A stretch of DNA of 64,000 nt from an uncultured Solirubrobacteraceae bacterium (GTDB lineage Bacteria > Actinomycetota > Thermoleophilia > Solirubrobacterales > Solirubrobacteraceae): the NCBI GenBank assembly GCA_964588985.1, contig CAZPQW010000007.1:32001-96000 (forward strand). Direction: 5' to 3'. The notes below the pieces were generated by a model. It did not search any database and was not told the origin of the DNA. It saw only the letters and a list, made by a program, of their open reading frames with translations. Positions 63,179-64,000 of this stretch are shown piece by piece. A program made the translations under genes and the position numbers. Position 1 is the first letter of the stretch; each line of letters opens with the position of its first letter.

Positions 63179-64000
63179 ATGTTTCGTTTCGCACAAGACA
63201 ATGACCCCGAGTTCACGCTGACCCACCGCCCCGCGCCGACGCCAGGCCTGGCGTCGAAGAGCGTGGCCCTCGCGCACGACTACCTGCTGGTGATGCGCGG
63301 AGCGGAGCGGACGTTCGCGGCGATCGCCGAGCTGTTCCCGCAGGCGCCGATCTTCACGCTGCTCTACGACGAGCCGGGGACGGGCGGGCGCTTCGCCGGT
63401 CGCTCGATCGCTACCTCTCCGTTGCAGCGCCTGGGCGTCAGCCAGGCGACGTTCAGACGCCTGCTGCCGCTCTATCCGATCGCGGTCGAGCGGCTGCACG
63501 TGCCGTCCTGCGACGTGGTGCTCAGCAGCAGCAGCGCTTTCGCCCACGGGGTGCGCGCGCCCGAGGGCGCGGTTCACGTCTGCTACTGCTACACCCCGTT
63601 TCGCTACGCCTGGTACGAGGAGGATCGCGCCGTGGCGGAGACCTCGCCCGCGCTCAGGCGACTGCTGCGCAGCCAGCTGCGCCGGGTGCGCCGCTGGGAT
63701 CTCGCCGCGAGCGGTCGGGTGGACGCCTATATCGCCATCTCCCAGCTCAGCCGCGAACGAATCAAGCGCTACTACGGCCGCGACGCCGCCGTCGTACACC
63801 CGCCCGTGGAGACCCACCGCTTCTCCGAGGGCAACCCAGGCGACGCGCTGCTGATCGTCTCCGAGCTGGTCCGGCACAAGCGCCTGCACATCGCCCTCGA
63901 GGCCGCGCGTCGCGCGCACGCGCCGGTTCGCGTCGTGGGCAGCGGCCCCGATCACCTCGCGCTCGAAGAGGCCTTCCCCGAGGCGGAGTTCCTGGGACGC
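63179..64000 (+). CDS. GT4 glycosyltransferase (3' truncated by window edge)
   Basis: Manual translation MFRFAQ...VALAHDYLLVMRGAER...CYCYTPFRYAW...HPPV. Open to the end of the window. Confidence 0.88.
   Translation, partial: MFRFAQDNDPEFTLTHRPAPTPGLASKSVALAHDYLLVMRGAERTFAAIAELFPQAPIFTLLYDEPGTGGRFAGRSIATSPLQRLGVSQATFRRLLPLYPIAVERLHVPSCDVVLSSSSAFAHGVRAPEGAVHVCYCYTPFRYAWYEEDRAVAETSPALRRLLRSQLRRVRRWDLAASGRVDAYIAISQLSRERIKRYYGRDAAVVHPPVETHRFSEGNPGDALLIVSELVRHKRLHIALEAARRAHAPVRVVGSGPDHLALEEAFPEAEFLGR

Noticed and set aside
1-64000. Numerous Arg/Pro/Ala-rich overlapping ORFs in the six-frame track
   Set aside because: Stop codons are scarce in high-GC DNA. These ORFs have no motifs and overlap well-supported genes.

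Overview
A very GC-rich (roughly 70% by eye, not computed) actinobacterial window. Gene content and protein style suggest Thermoleophilia/Solirubrobacterales (inference). I found no rRNA, tRNA, CRISPR array or transposase. 1-30 kb is mixed housekeeping and envelope DNA: beta-oxidation enzymes, a STAS/PP2C partner-switching operon, a lone sulfotransferase, a low-GC Fic gene, three paralogous GT-C glycosyltransferases plus a large membrane protein, arfB, a cold-shock gene, MscS, uppP, a chromate transporter, a PHP-GT4 fusion and a zinc-ribbon/SPOR operon. From about 30.7 kb to the right edge (still open) is one large surface-polysaccharide locus. It has a PAPS supply (cysD, cysNC), five tandem sulfotransferases, four SAM methyltransferases (two FkbM), eight GT4 genes, a Wzc-like co-polymerase, a Wzy-like polymerase, an ABC-type flippase and two paralogous secreted clan GH-A-like hydrolases. 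This is the best candidate for an undescribed system: biosynthesis of a heavily sulfated, O-methylated exopolysaccharide or capsule. Notable fine structure: sulfotransferase genes chained by 17-nt overlaps encoded in their conserved C-terminal WGY(D/E) motif, an in-frame internally deleted mini-copy of the FkbM gene, and homogenised 3' ends in the two hydrolase paralogs.
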